Source: Candidatus Latescibacterota bacterium (GTDB taxonomy: Bacteria; Latescibacterota; UBA2968; UBA8231). From it: a stretch of DNA of 41,052 bases. Below the pieces are notes generated by a model. That model had not been told where the DNA came from. It searched no databases and was given only the letters and a program-made list of their open reading frames with translations. Numbering within the stretch: the first letter of the stretch is position 1; the number at the start of each line of letters is the position of its first letter. This document shows, one piece after another, positions 8,072 through 18,440 of the stretch. A program made the translations under genes and the position numbers. Location: the NCBI GenBank assembly GCA_965205655.1, contig CBDBIJ010000103.1:1-41052 (forward strand), written 5' to 3'.

Positions 8072-8734
8072 ATGCGGAACGCTATACGAGCGGCGCTCGT
8101 CATCGCGCTTTCCTCAGGTCTGGCACATCCTGCAGCGGCTGCGGGGAAGAGGACCAGCGAGGTCTTCGACGACAGCGGCGTCATCGTGGATGTGCACAGA
8201 TTCTTCACGGCGGCAGCGCGAAACGCCGGCGACAAGGCATTGGAGGTGGCCCACAAATCTACGGCCGGCTACGCACTCGTCACCGAGCAGGGCGTCTTCG
8301 CTTTCCTGGAAACGCCGCAGAACGAAAAAGCGCTGGCCGAGGCCGAACACGGGTCAGTAGTGCGATTGCGGGGAAAGCTTCTCAAGGAGGGGGCGCTGCT
8401 GCACGTGAACGAGCTCGAATATGTGACGAAGGTGCCTCTGATCGATTTCGCGCGCTTCCGGAACGACGAGGGCCAGGCTGTCGAATTGGAGGGTGTGAAC
8501 AAGTGTCAGTGCGGGCTGGACGTCGCCGATCTGCCCCACTCCTGCAAGCTGGGCCATCTTCACCATCTGGAAGCCACCGACGGCAAGATCTACAACTATC
8601 TCCAGTTTGCCCGCGGACGGGAGGTCTTTGTCATGGGTGACGCTCACTTCAAGCCTGTGCGGCTGACGGCGCGGGCCCTTCCCGGAAACTTCCTCGTGGT
8701 CGACGAAGTGCAGATCGCCGAGGCCTCCGAGTAG
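8072..8734 (+). CDS. Exported hypothetical protein with two OB-fold-like halves and a Cys/His cluster
   Basis: Signal peptide (AAAA cleavage region); VVRLRGKLL...LHV and PVRLTARAL...LVV repeats; CQCG...HSCKLGHLHH. Confidence 0.7.
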   Translation: MRNAIRAALVIALSSGLAHPAAAAGKRTSEVFDDSGVIVDVHRFFTAAARNAGDKALEVAHKSTAGYALVTEQGVFAFLETPQNEKALAEAEHGSVVRLRGKLLKEGALLHVNELEYVTKVPLIDFARFRNDEGQAVELEGVNKCQCGLDVADLPHSCKLGHLHHLEATDGKIYNYLQFARGREVFVMGDAHFKPVRLTARALPGNFLVVDEVQIAEASE

Positions 8735-8945
8735 AGGGCTGCCCAAGCGCGTGGCGGGACTATAGATTCATTGCGCGGAGCAAAATTTGCGAGTACTTTT
8801 GTATCGAGTACGTCCCGGCGACAGGCGCCTGGACATCGCACCAGTTGGAAGTAGTTCTTAGTGCCCTGAGTTGGTCCTTACCCCCAGTTCGGCCTAAGCA
8901 CGTGTTCCAACGAAACACCTCCACGCAAGGGGGAAAGGAATACTC

Positions 8946-9158
8946 ATGGCAGACCGTGAAACCGGCTCCGTGAAGTGGTTCAACGACGCCAAGGGCTTCG
9001 GCTTTATCGAGCGAGCCGACGGCGGCGACGTCTTCGTCCACCACAGCGCCATTAGCATGGAGGGTTTCCGCACGCTGACCGAGGGTCAGCAGGTGGAATT
9101 CGAAGTTGTGCAGGGCCAGAAGGGCCCGGCCGCGGAGAACGTGACCATGGCCACCTGA
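8946..9158 (+). CDS. cspA: Cold-shock protein (CspA family)
   Basis: [15 protein letters not shown] (RNP1), DVFVHHSAI (RNP2), [15 protein letters not shown] upstream. Confidence 0.97.
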   Translation: MADRETGSVKWFNDAKGFGFIERADGGDVFVHHSAISMEGFRTLTEGQQVEFEVVQGQKGPAAENVTMAT

Positions 9159-9181
9159 GGTTTCGGCGACGCAAAATAGAG

Positions 9182-9216
9182 AGGCGGTGCGCGATCGTGC
9201 GCACCGCCTTTTTTTT
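9182..9216 (+). terminator. Rho-independent terminator of the csp gene
   Basis: 11-bp stem AGGCGGTGCGC/GCGCACCGCCT followed by a T tract. Confidence 0.9.
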
Positions 9217-9219
9217 GGG

Positions 9220-9591
9220 TCATTTTTCCGACGGGCTCCCGGACAGGAGGAGCTCGACTGTGGACAGGAAGGAAGCGGCCTGGATCGGTTTCTCCAGGAC
9301 CCGGTCCGCACCCAGAGCCATGAGGCGATCCATGTCCTTGGACTCCAGGACGCCGGTGAGAACGACAATCGGCGTGGAGATCCCCTGCTGACGAACAGCC
9401 TCTATGACGCGCTCGCCGGGTGTGGGCATGGCCAGATCGGTAAGGATGAGGTCTGCCGTTTCCAGATCAGCGGCTTCCAGCGCCGGAGCGCCGTCGTCGA
9501 ATTCGACGACATCGTAGCCATCGCGCTCGAGTAAATTGGCAATGACCTCCCTGACGATGTCTTCATCATCTATGGCAACAACCCGAGACAT
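9220..9591 (-). CDS. Single-domain response regulator (REC)
   Basis: VVAIDDE, LILTDLAMP, VVLTG, LEKP; ATG 9591 with GGAGA SD. Confidence 0.9.
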   Translation of the reverse strand: MSRVVAIDDEDIVREVIANLLERDGYDVVEFDDGAPALEAADLETADLILTDLAMPTPGERVIEAVRQQGISTPIVVLTGVLESKDMDRLMALGADRVLEKPIQAASFLSTVELLLSGSPSEK

Positions 9592-9686
9592 TGGCAGCCA
9601 CTCTCCGTTTCCGCGGTCGTGTGTAGCACCGTCCAACGGACAATAATACGCCGGCAGACTCGCGATCGCCAGGGCGGTTGATTCAA

Positions 9687-11525
9687 TCAAGCAGGTGGGC
9701 CGGTGGCGGACACTCGCTTCAGGGCGAAGCGCTCACGGTCAAAACCCTTCAAGGTGGCATCGAGGCGTTCGATCTGCAGGCTGGAGCGATTCGCCGCCAA
9801 GAACGAGGCGACTTCCTCGTCACCGTAGACGCTATCCGAGATGACCACATCACCGCCTTCGGACAGTTTTTCGAGGCGTGAAGCGATATTGACGGTGGAG
9901 CCGAAGTAGTCCAGGCGGTCGTTCAGGGTCACGGCGATACAGGGGCCGAAGTGGATTCCCGCCTTCAGCTTGAATGCGGCGACCTTGTCCCCAGCCGAGG
10001 CGAGCGCGGTCTGGGCCTCGAGAATGGCTTTCACTGCACTCAGCGGCCTCGGGAAGACGGCCATGACAGCGTCGCCCATGGTCTTGATCAGCGTCCCGTC
10101 GGCCCCTGCGATCGCCTCCCTGACCACGTCGAAGTGGCTCATGACGAGACCGAAGGCCGTGGCGTCGCCGATCTCATTGTAGAGCTGGGTCGAGCCGTAG
10201 AGGTCGGTGAAGACGACGGTGAGGCTACCTACACTAATGCGTTCGCCGGGGCGCAATGCTTCCGAAGCGAAAAGATCACGAAAGCGCTGCAGTGCGGTCA
10301 CTTCAGCTCCCGTGACCGCCTGATCGCTCAGGGCGAGCCGCTCGAGAATGAGCAGCTGCTCTTCTTCGGTTTCATTCCTGAGCACGAGGTTCGCCCCTCG
10401 GTGCACCGACAGCTCATCGGGCGACCATCCCTCTCGCACGCTGACCGCCGCCTCCGCCTCTCCACCCGATGTGCAGGCGATGTACTGGCCTCCAGCCAGT
10501 CGCAGCGCCCGCAGACGGTGGCGTCCGTCTTCCAGTTCCACTTCCACTTCCCGAGACTCTCCAGGTTCGAGCAACTGCTGCACCACGACGTGAGGCGTGA
10601 CGCGCGGCCCGGCGATGCAAAACTCACCGATCAGGATGTGACGGATAGAGGGATTGGGATGAAAGGTCAGCTCGACAGCACGATCGAAATTGATCTCGAA
10701 ATCGATGTTGCACGTATCGCAATGCACCTTCGGTTCGACGCCCGCCAGAGAGGGGGTCTTCGCCTTCGCGCCACGGCACAGTGGACAGAGAAGGTGCCAT
10801 TCGAACTCGAGTAGTCCAACTCGAGTGGCCACGAGGCAGGCCTCGAGCACGGTGCGACGGGGAAGACCCCACACATCGGCCAGCTCGTAGGGGCGCAGCT
10901 GGCTGGCGGTCATGTCGTCGGCGTGTCCGACCAGATCGGCCAGCGGCTGCGTGATGGTGGTGGGAACACCTTCTGCAACGAGCCGCTGAGCAGCCACCTC
11001 GAGCCGTCTTCGTCCGCCCTCGGTGAACTCAACGCTCGCCGTGCGCGAAGAGGGCCCCGCGGAAACCGGTCCCTGCGCCGCCGCCTGGTCATAGCGCCTG
11101 AAAACGGCCGAAAAACTGCGGGCGCCGAGAATGCCGATCTGAACGGGAATGGCAAGGCGCCCGAGAATGTTGCGCGGTGTCGCCCAAACCTCGTAGGTCA
11201 ACCGGGTGCCACCGTCGGGCAATGTTGCCAGGACGGCGCGAACCCGCATCTCCTCGACGGGACCACGACTGTAGCGGCGAACGACTCCGAAAGAGCTGGG
11301 TTCCACCCACTGGAATGGCTCTTCCTCCCATTCCACCGTGATCCCGAACTTGGAGAACCTCAGGTTGCGCCGGGCATTGAAGAGTGTTTGCCCGGGGCTC
11401 GGGTCCAGGGCCGGCAGCCCGGTATCCATGTTGAACCGGTTCGTATCGGCGACGAGCGGCCACAGGGCTTCGCGGCTGGAACGAAGCGTCCACTGCCAGT
11501 GATAGTGGTATTCTTTCAGTTTCAT
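9687..11525 (-). CDS. Class III adenylate/guanylate cyclase with N-terminal SRPBCC-like and DUF5939-like Zn-ribbon domains
   Basis: VVFTDLYGST, IKTMGDAVMA, GIHFGPC, DYFGSTVNIASRLE; CPLC...CDTC. Confidence 0.9.
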   Translation of the reverse strand: MKLKEYHYHWQWTLRSSREALWPLVADTNRFNMDTGLPALDPSPGQTLFNARRNLRFSKFGITVEWEEEPFQWVEPSSFGVVRRYSRGPVEEMRVRAVLATLPDGGTRLTYEVWATPRNILGRLAIPVQIGILGARSFSAVFRRYDQAAAQGPVSAGPSSRTASVEFTEGGRRRLEVAAQRLVAEGVPTTITQPLADLVGHADDMTASQLRPYELADVWGLPRRTVLEACLVATRVGLLEFEWHLLCPLCRGAKAKTPSLAGVEPKVHCDTCNIDFEINFDRAVELTFHPNPSIRHILIGEFCIAGPRVTPHVVVQQLLEPGESREVEVELEDGRHRLRALRLAGGQYIACTSGGEAEAAVSVREGWSPDELSVHRGANLVLRNETEEEQLLILERLALSDQAVTGAEVTALQRFRDLFASEALRPGERISVGSLTVVFTDLYGSTQLYNEIGDATAFGLVMSHFDVVREAIAGADGTLIKTMGDAVMAVFPRPLSAVKAILEAQTALASAGDKVAAFKLKAGIHFGPCIAVTLNDRLDYFGSTVNIASRLEKLSEGGDVVISDSVYGDEEVASFLAANRSSLQIERLDATLKGFDRERFALKRVSATGPPA

Positions 11526-11580
11526 CGCAGGAAATTTAAGAACTTCGATAATCGTTGACTATCGACATTGGAGTGAACGG

Positions 11581-12514
11581 ATGAGCAGAAAATTGCGCAT
11601 GGGTGTGGTCGGGCTCGGCATGGGCCGCGGTCACGCACTGGGGGTTTCAGTCCCATCCCGACGCCGAGCTCGACGCCGTTGGCATCGCAGTTCCCAACAA
11701 ACTTCACGCGCCCCTGACGATCGCGGCTCTGAAGCGGGGTCTGCACGTGCTGTGCGAGAAGCCGATGTCGATGTCGGTGGCAGAGGCGCGGCGGATGAAC
11801 GCCGCCGCGGCGAAGGCAGACCGCAATCTGATGATCGACTTCTCGCATCGATTCACGGCCATTGCCGTTGCACTCAAAAAGCAAGTGGAGGCCGGTGCCG
11901 TCGGCGACATCTATTTCGGACGCACAGTATGGCACCGCAGGCGCGGGATTCCCGGTTTCGGCGGCTGGTTCGGTATCAAGACGTTGTCGGGCGGAGGGCC
12001 CCTCATGGATCTGGGGGTCCACATGATCGACCTGGCACTGTGGTTCATGGGCTATCCGGAACCCGTGACCGTGAGCGGTTCGACCTACGATGCCATCGCC
12101 GGCACAATGGCCAGACGTCGACGCCAGGAGTTCACGGTGGAGGATCTGGGATGCGGCCTTATGAAGTTCGCCAACGGCGCCAGCCTCATCGTCGAATCCA
12201 GCTGGGCCGCGAATCTGCCTGACAATGAAGATATCCAGACAACGTTGTGTGGCGATCGTGGGGGGCTTTCCTATAGACACGCGAGCGGAGGATGGATAGC
12301 CGAAGTCTACACCGAAGAAAACGGGGACCTTTTCACCAAGAGGCTCGACGCGCGAACGGCCGACACAACATCGGCATTTCACGAATTCATCGACAGCATT
12401 CTCGACAGTCGCCCACCGTTGGCGAACGGGGAGCACGGGCTCAAGGTGATGAAGATTCTCGAGGGAATCTACCGCAGCGCCGCGACGGGAAAAGAGGTTC
12501 GGTACCGACGATAG
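11581..12514 (+). CDS. Gfo/Idh/MocA family oxidoreductase (frameshift at the G run 11640-11644; apparent internal deletion)
   Basis: MGVVGLGMG Rossmann start in one frame; HVLCEKP and GGGPLMDLGVH in the next frame. Confidence 0.85.
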
Positions 12515-12654
12515 CCGGGATGAAGAAATTTGACGAGCCCAAATCTGTAAAACCCAAATCAAATGGATAAGATACGGCGTTCGCGCGGCCTTTCTCAATT
12601 GACTTGCGTGCCTACTGAGGCGCATTTTTTTCGGTTAGCTGCCAGCGGCAACTA

Positions 12655-13906
12655 GTGGTTCAACTAGGTAGCAGTGCGGGGTAGAGACGCTTGAGCTTGA
12701 TTCGTGCATCCGCCGTCGTGAAACGCCAATTGATGACGGGCGGGTTTTCGAGGCGCTCCGTGAGCCAGGCCTTCACGTGTTTTCCCAACTGCTGGATCGT
12801 CGCGATGCGACGATTGAGACATTGCCGAAAGAGCACGTTCAGTCCGATCTCGGCCATGTTGAGCCAGCTGCCGTGTGTCGGGGTGTAGTGGATGTCGAGT
12901 TTGTCAGCGATGCGCTTGGCTTCCTCCGGTTCGAAGACCTCGTAGAGGGCCGCCTTCTTATGAGTGCTCAAGTTGTCCATCACCAGCGTGATCTCCTCCG
13001 CCTCAGGGTAGTGGACGTCGACGAGATCTCTGACGGTGTGAGCCCAGTCTCTCATCGTGCGCCGTTCGCTCACTCGGACGTGGGAGCGACCCGTGAAGGG
13101 CTCCAGCATCATGAAGACGTTGGCGACCCCGTTGCGGACGTATTCATGGTGATACCGTGCCGGACACCCCGGCGCCACCGGCAGGGGCCGCTGCGTTTCG
13201 CCGATCAACTGCTTGCTTGTCTCGTCCAGACAAACCAACGGGTGCTTCGGGTCGTACGGCCATTGATAGACATCCAACACGTCCTCCATCGCGCAGACGA
13301 ACTCGGCACTGGGTTTGCCCGGCAGGCACCACATCTCCCGCCGCCAAGGCTTCAGCTCGTTTTTTTTAACGTCTTGCGGACCGTTTCCGGGCTGACACTG
13401 TCAACCAGCTCCAAGGCCACGAGGCGGTCTGCCAGCAGCTTCAGGGTCCAGTGCTTCCTCCCATCGGGGGGCTCACTGCAGGCCAGAGCCACCAGATGGG
13501 CTTCGGCTCTGCCGTCGATCTTGTTCGCTTTCCGATTCTTCTGCTCGTTGCGCAGCAGCGACGCCTCGAAGCCCTCTTCCACAAACCGCTGGCGCAGACG
13601 CTCCACTGTGCTCGGATGCACGTCGAGCGCGTGCTCGATCTGCTCATCGGTCCAGTGCTCACCATGCGGACCCTGGTCCGTCTTCAGCAGGATCCTCGCG
13701 TGCCGTTGTTTGTAGGCCGCCGCCTTCCCCCTCGAGATCAAACCGCGCAGATGAGCTCGCTCCTCTGCTGTCAGCGTGACGATGTACTTCTTCTTAGGCA
13801 ATGTCGATCTCCTCCTCTCCTGACAAAGGGGCCTCAGGAGAAGGATACGAGCCCCGGCCTCAAAACGCTAGTTCCAATGTCCCGCAATCCTAACTGGATG
13901 AACCAC
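12655..13906 (-). mobile_element. IS630-family insertion sequence (1252 bp), distinct from the first
   Basis: TA duplication at 12653-12654 and 13907-13908 within ACTAGT; inverted repeats GTGGTTCAACTAGGTAG / GTGGTTCATCCAGTTAG. Confidence 0.92.
12660..13801 (-). CDS. IS630 transposase, OrfA plus OrfB joined by a -1 shift at A8 (13360-13367)
   Basis: KKYIVTLT..ER, WTLKLLA, LKK(N)ELKPW; CLDETSKQL, VMDNLSTH, SWLNMAE. Confidence 0.92.
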
Positions 13907-13986
13907 TAGTTCAGGGCAACTATATCGTGCGGGTAATTCAGAGCATGCGAAAGCGGTCCAGCGGCGTGTTGAGGCGGGTGCGCTCC

Positions 13987-16900
13987 ATGGCACGCAAGAA
14001 TGCGGATGTGCCCTCTCTTCAGGAGCGTGTGGACCGACTGGAGTCCGAGCTCCATCGGGAAACGGAGCGACTCGACTTCCTCGTCAACTTCATGCGCGAC
14101 CTCAGCCTCGATCTGAACACTCTCCTAAGCAACATCTTGAAGGATATGGCACAGGTCCTGCCGGCTGCCGACATGGGGGCGATCTTTCTCTACGATCACG
14201 AAGCGGACGCATTGCGAGTTCGATCGTGCTATGGCTACGCCGACGAGGAAAGCCTGCGTCGAGTTACGCTAAAGCCAGGCGATTCGCTGTCCGGCAAGGT
14301 ATTTGTCAGCGGCCGGCCCCTGCTGGCGCGCAGTCCGCAGGAGATCATGGAGGAACTGCAGGATGTGGGGCCCCAACACATCGAAATCTACGCCAAAGCC
14401 ACTCGGGGCAGGATAGGGGAGAGTATCATGAGCGCTCCCCTGCGCACCTCTACGGCGGGTGTGATCGGGACGATCGCGATGACCTCGACGCACACTTCCT
14501 TCAACGAGGAGGATCTGGCCTTACTCGAAGGCGTGGGCGGACAGATCGCGCAGGCAGTCGCCAACGCCCAGCTGTTTTCGGACCTGTCCTCCAGCGAGGA
14601 CCGCTACCGCAACCTGGTGGAAGACATTTCCCTCGGCGTGACCGAGTCCACCTCGGACGGAGAGTTGCTCTACTTCAACCCGCGGGCCTGTGAGATACTT
14701 GGCGTCGATCTAGGTGAACTCGAAGGACTTCGAAGCGAGAGCTTCTGGTTCGAAAAGAGTGACAGGGCAGCTCTGTTGGAAAAGATCGAAAAGAACGGCT
14801 TCCTCAGGTTCGAAATTCCGCTGCGGAGGGCAGATGGTCGCAAGATCTGGATCGCCGGAAGCGTGAGGACAAGTCCGGATAAGGAAGGTGAGCCGGCCCG
14901 ATTCAACTCGATTTTTGACGACGTCACCGAACGCCACCAGATGGAGGCGCGTACTGCCGCACTGAACGACGTGCGGAAGGAAGTGTGGCGGATGAGGACG
15001 GAAGAAGACATCGGCCAGGTGCTGACAGCTGTACACGACAGCCTCAGAACGCTGGAGATTCCCTTTTTCCGTTGCGGACTCGCCGTCGTGGACGGGTCCG
15101 GCGCGCTTCCTTCCTCCGTCCACTTCCACAACTTGACCAGTGCCGGCAAGCGTTCCATCCCGAGCGGGAAACCACCGTCTGACCATCGAGAAGCAGCCAA
15201 GTTGATTGTCAAATTCTGGACTGACGACGTACCGGCGTATCGACCCGACCTGAAGGCGGCGGACCCCTACGGTGAGCGCGAGAGATTGGGGGACCTGCGG
15301 TGCGTGCTGGACGTACCGTTCTCGCACGGGACTCTGGCCTTGAACAGCAAGGAGCAGAATGCGTTCTCGGAGGAGGACATTCAGTTTGTCCAGCACCTGG
15401 CCGAGGTGCTTTCGGACGGCTTCCATCGCATGGATGACCTGCATCGTTTGACCGAGGAGCGCGAGCGGCTCGTCGTCACATTGCGCAGCATCGGGGACGG
15501 TGTTATCACGATAGATGGGGACGGGAAAATCTCGCTCATCAACCGCGTCGCCGAGGATCTGACCGGCTGGACTCTTGCGGAGGCGGTGGGCTTGCCTCTC
15601 GCTGAGGTGTATCGGATAAGGGATGAGGAATCCCGCACGCCGGCCGACGACACTGTGACCAGGGTGATGGAAGTTGGAATAGCCGTCAGTCGCACGAAGA
15701 TGTTGTTGATGGCGAGGGATGGCTCACAGAGACTCGTCGCCGACAGCAGCGCCGCGATACGCGACCGCGAAGGCGGCACTCTCGGAATGGTTGTCGTGTT
15801 CCGCGACGTCACCGATCAGCGCCGACGTGAAGAAGAGCATCAGCGTTCCGAGAAGATCGAGTCACTGGGCGTGCTCGCCGGCGGCATCGCTCACGACTTC
15901 AACAACATCCTGACAGCGATCATCGGCAATGTCAGTCTGGCGAAACTCGATCTCGATCCGAGCGACCGTTTCTACGAAAATCTGGTTCAGGTGGAAGAGG
16001 CGTCGCAGCAAGCTGCGGCTCTGACGCAGCAGCTACTCACTTTTTCCAAGGGAGGTGCGCCGATCAGACGCCTGGCCTCGATCGGCGAGCTGATACGAGA
16101 TTCAGCGACCTTTGCCCTGCGAGGGTCCAATGTGCGCTGCGAGTTCGACATCGCCGATGACCTGCGGCCGGCGGAGGTCGATTCGGGCCAGATGAGTCAG
16201 GTCATTCATAATCTCGTGATCAACGCGAACCAGGCCATGCCCGGAGGAGGCGTCATTCGCCTCGAAGCGGGCAACAGAAAGGTGAGCGAGCGGGACAGCT
16301 TGCCCGTGAATCCCGGTCCGTACGCGAGGATCGCCGTTGCCGACGAAGGGGTGGGTATCGCCCTGAATAATCTGCAGCGAATCTTCGAACCCTACTTCAC
16401 CACCAAGCAGCAGGGAAGCGGGCTCGGTCTTGCGACCGTGCATTCCATCGTGACCAATCACTGCGGTCACATCACGGTGTCGTCGCGGCAGGGTCAGGGG
16501 ACGACCTTCACCCTGTTTATTCCCGCATCCACATCCGGGTCGATGGAGATACAGGAAAGAGAGCTGTCGCTGCTGAAGGGAGAGGGCAAGGTACTCGTGA
16601 TGGATGACGACGATTCGATTCGGGCATCGATCGGCAAGATGCTGCGACGGCTCGGGTACGAGCCAGAATTCGCCGAGGACGGGGCGCAGGCTCTCGCTCT
16701 CTACGCCCAAGCAGCGAAACGGACAGCCCGTTCGACGCTGTCATCGCCGATCTGACAATACCGGGCGGCATGGGGGGCAAGGATCTGATCGGCGAGCTAC
16801 GCCAGATGGATCCGCAGGTGAGGGCAATCGTCTCGAGTGGCTATTCGCGGGATCCGGTAATGGCGCAGGCGAGCAGCTTCGGCTTCAGCGGCGTCATGGC

Positions 16901-17006
16901 CAAACCCTTCACGCTCACAGAGCTGGGAAGGGTTCTGCACGAGGTGATCGACTCGAATGGCTCGCACGCCGCCGCCGTCGGCAGTGCGCATCCTCAATCG
17001 GCGTAG
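13987..17006 (+). CDS. Hybrid sensor histidine kinase GAF-PAS-GAF-PAS-HisKA-HATPase-REC (frameshift near 16715-16730)
   Basis: GGIAHDFNNIL, NLVINA, DEGVGI, FEPYFTTK, GSGLGL; REC VLVMDDD continues in the shifted frame as FDAVIADLTIPGGMGG...SSGYS...KPF; start uncertain (13927, 13945 or 13987). Confidence 0.9.
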
Positions 17007-18372
17007 TAGTAGCCGTACAGAATCATCATTTCGTCTTCGCTCAGCAGCCCGAAGTTCAACTCCCTGTCAGTCCAGTTGTCGTAGGTCGCCTCCAGACGGA
17101 ACCCCTGTCCCTCGTCAAGGACGATGGGGGGATCGAGCTCGAGGATGGGTGGGTGCTCCCAATCGAGGGCGAAGTAAACGAGCTCACCGTCTGTGGGCCC
17201 ACCGATCACCTCGACCCTGAATTCCGTCATGTGCTCGTGGGCGTGCGAAACCAGCTGAAACACGTGCCGGCGCTCGGTAAACAGGAAGTCGCGGCGCAGG
17301 GTCGTCACCTCTCCGGGCGGCAACTCGATCTCGAAGTTGCTCATGGCGAAGATGTGAGCTTCCCGCTCGACGGCGCCGGCTTCCATCGTGTGCAGGTTGA
17401 CAAACACTTCGCCCTCGATCGGCTCGCTGGTTCGATTGATGTAGTGCGAGTTGAGGTCGAGCCCTGAATCGGCGGGCATGCGAAAGGCCGTGCCGGGAGG
17501 AAGCTGACATTCATGCGCGGCCATTGCGTTCCAGCCACGGGGACGTGCTGCAACATCAGCCGGATATTTTGTAGTATGTAGCTGCCATCCAGATTGCGAA
17601 TGTCGCGCAACTCGTCGGGGTCGGGCACGAGCTCGGTGGGCATGCCGTCGCGGAAGGCGAGCAGCAGCAGGTGGTGGCTGCCGGGACGCATGGCGACTTC
17701 GAGGCGTGAAACGAAGATGTCTTCGGGGTTCTCGAGCGGCTTGTAGGAGAACAGCTCGCGCTCGAACGACGGCGCCACCTCGAAGGGGCCGAGGTGTAGC
17801 TGAATGCCCTGTGCCGGCGGTGATAGAGGCGCGAATTCAGTCGGCTGATAGCGCTCTTCGTCCTTCAGGAGTGCGGGGTCGACTACCTCGCCAGTCTCGG
17901 GGGCGCCGGCCACGATCCAGCGTCGAATGAACTCGAGCTCCCCATGCGTCAGCGGCCTGGCCCCCAGCGGCATCTGGGAGCCGTAGTAACGGTGATCGGC
18001 GTAGAAATGCTCCTGGTCGGGGGCGTTGATCTTCTCCCACAGAAAGCTCTTGAACAGTCCGGGCAGACTTTCGGTGCTGACTCTCACGAGCCCGTTGTCG
18101 TCAGCCGCCCTGTTGTTGACGCTTCGATTGACGAGTTGCTCGTAGGCCACGTCAGCGGTGAGCAGGAGATCGGACTGGCTGGCAAAGGTTGTTCCGGCGG
18201 AGTGGCAGTTGACGCAATTCGGCGCCAGGATGTCATCCCGGATGATCTGCCAACTGGAAGTGGAGGATGTGTCCGGACCGGCTGGCCCGGAGTCGTCTCC
18301 GCAGCCCGGGAGTGAGAGCCCGGCAGCCAGGAGGATGGCAGAAGCGCCCGATTTCAGTTTGCAGGAGATCAC
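16994..18372 (-). CDS. Lipoprotein with c-type heme motif and copper type II (PHM/DBH-like) monooxygenase domains (frameshift near 17500)
   Basis: Lipobox-like LPGC; CVNCH...MP heme c; GSHH and NSH (CuH-like), SHAH and DEM (CuM-like) motifs. Confidence 0.8.
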
Positions 18373-18440
18373 GCCGCAGTTAGTGCCCCGTCAGCCGTTC
18401 CCAGATCACATAACCCAGCCGGACGTGCACCTTCTGGCCT

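Noticed and set aside
12605..12631. Terminator after the oxidoreductase
   Set aside because: Only a ~6-bp stem with a G-U pair before the T7 tract; possible but too weak to list.
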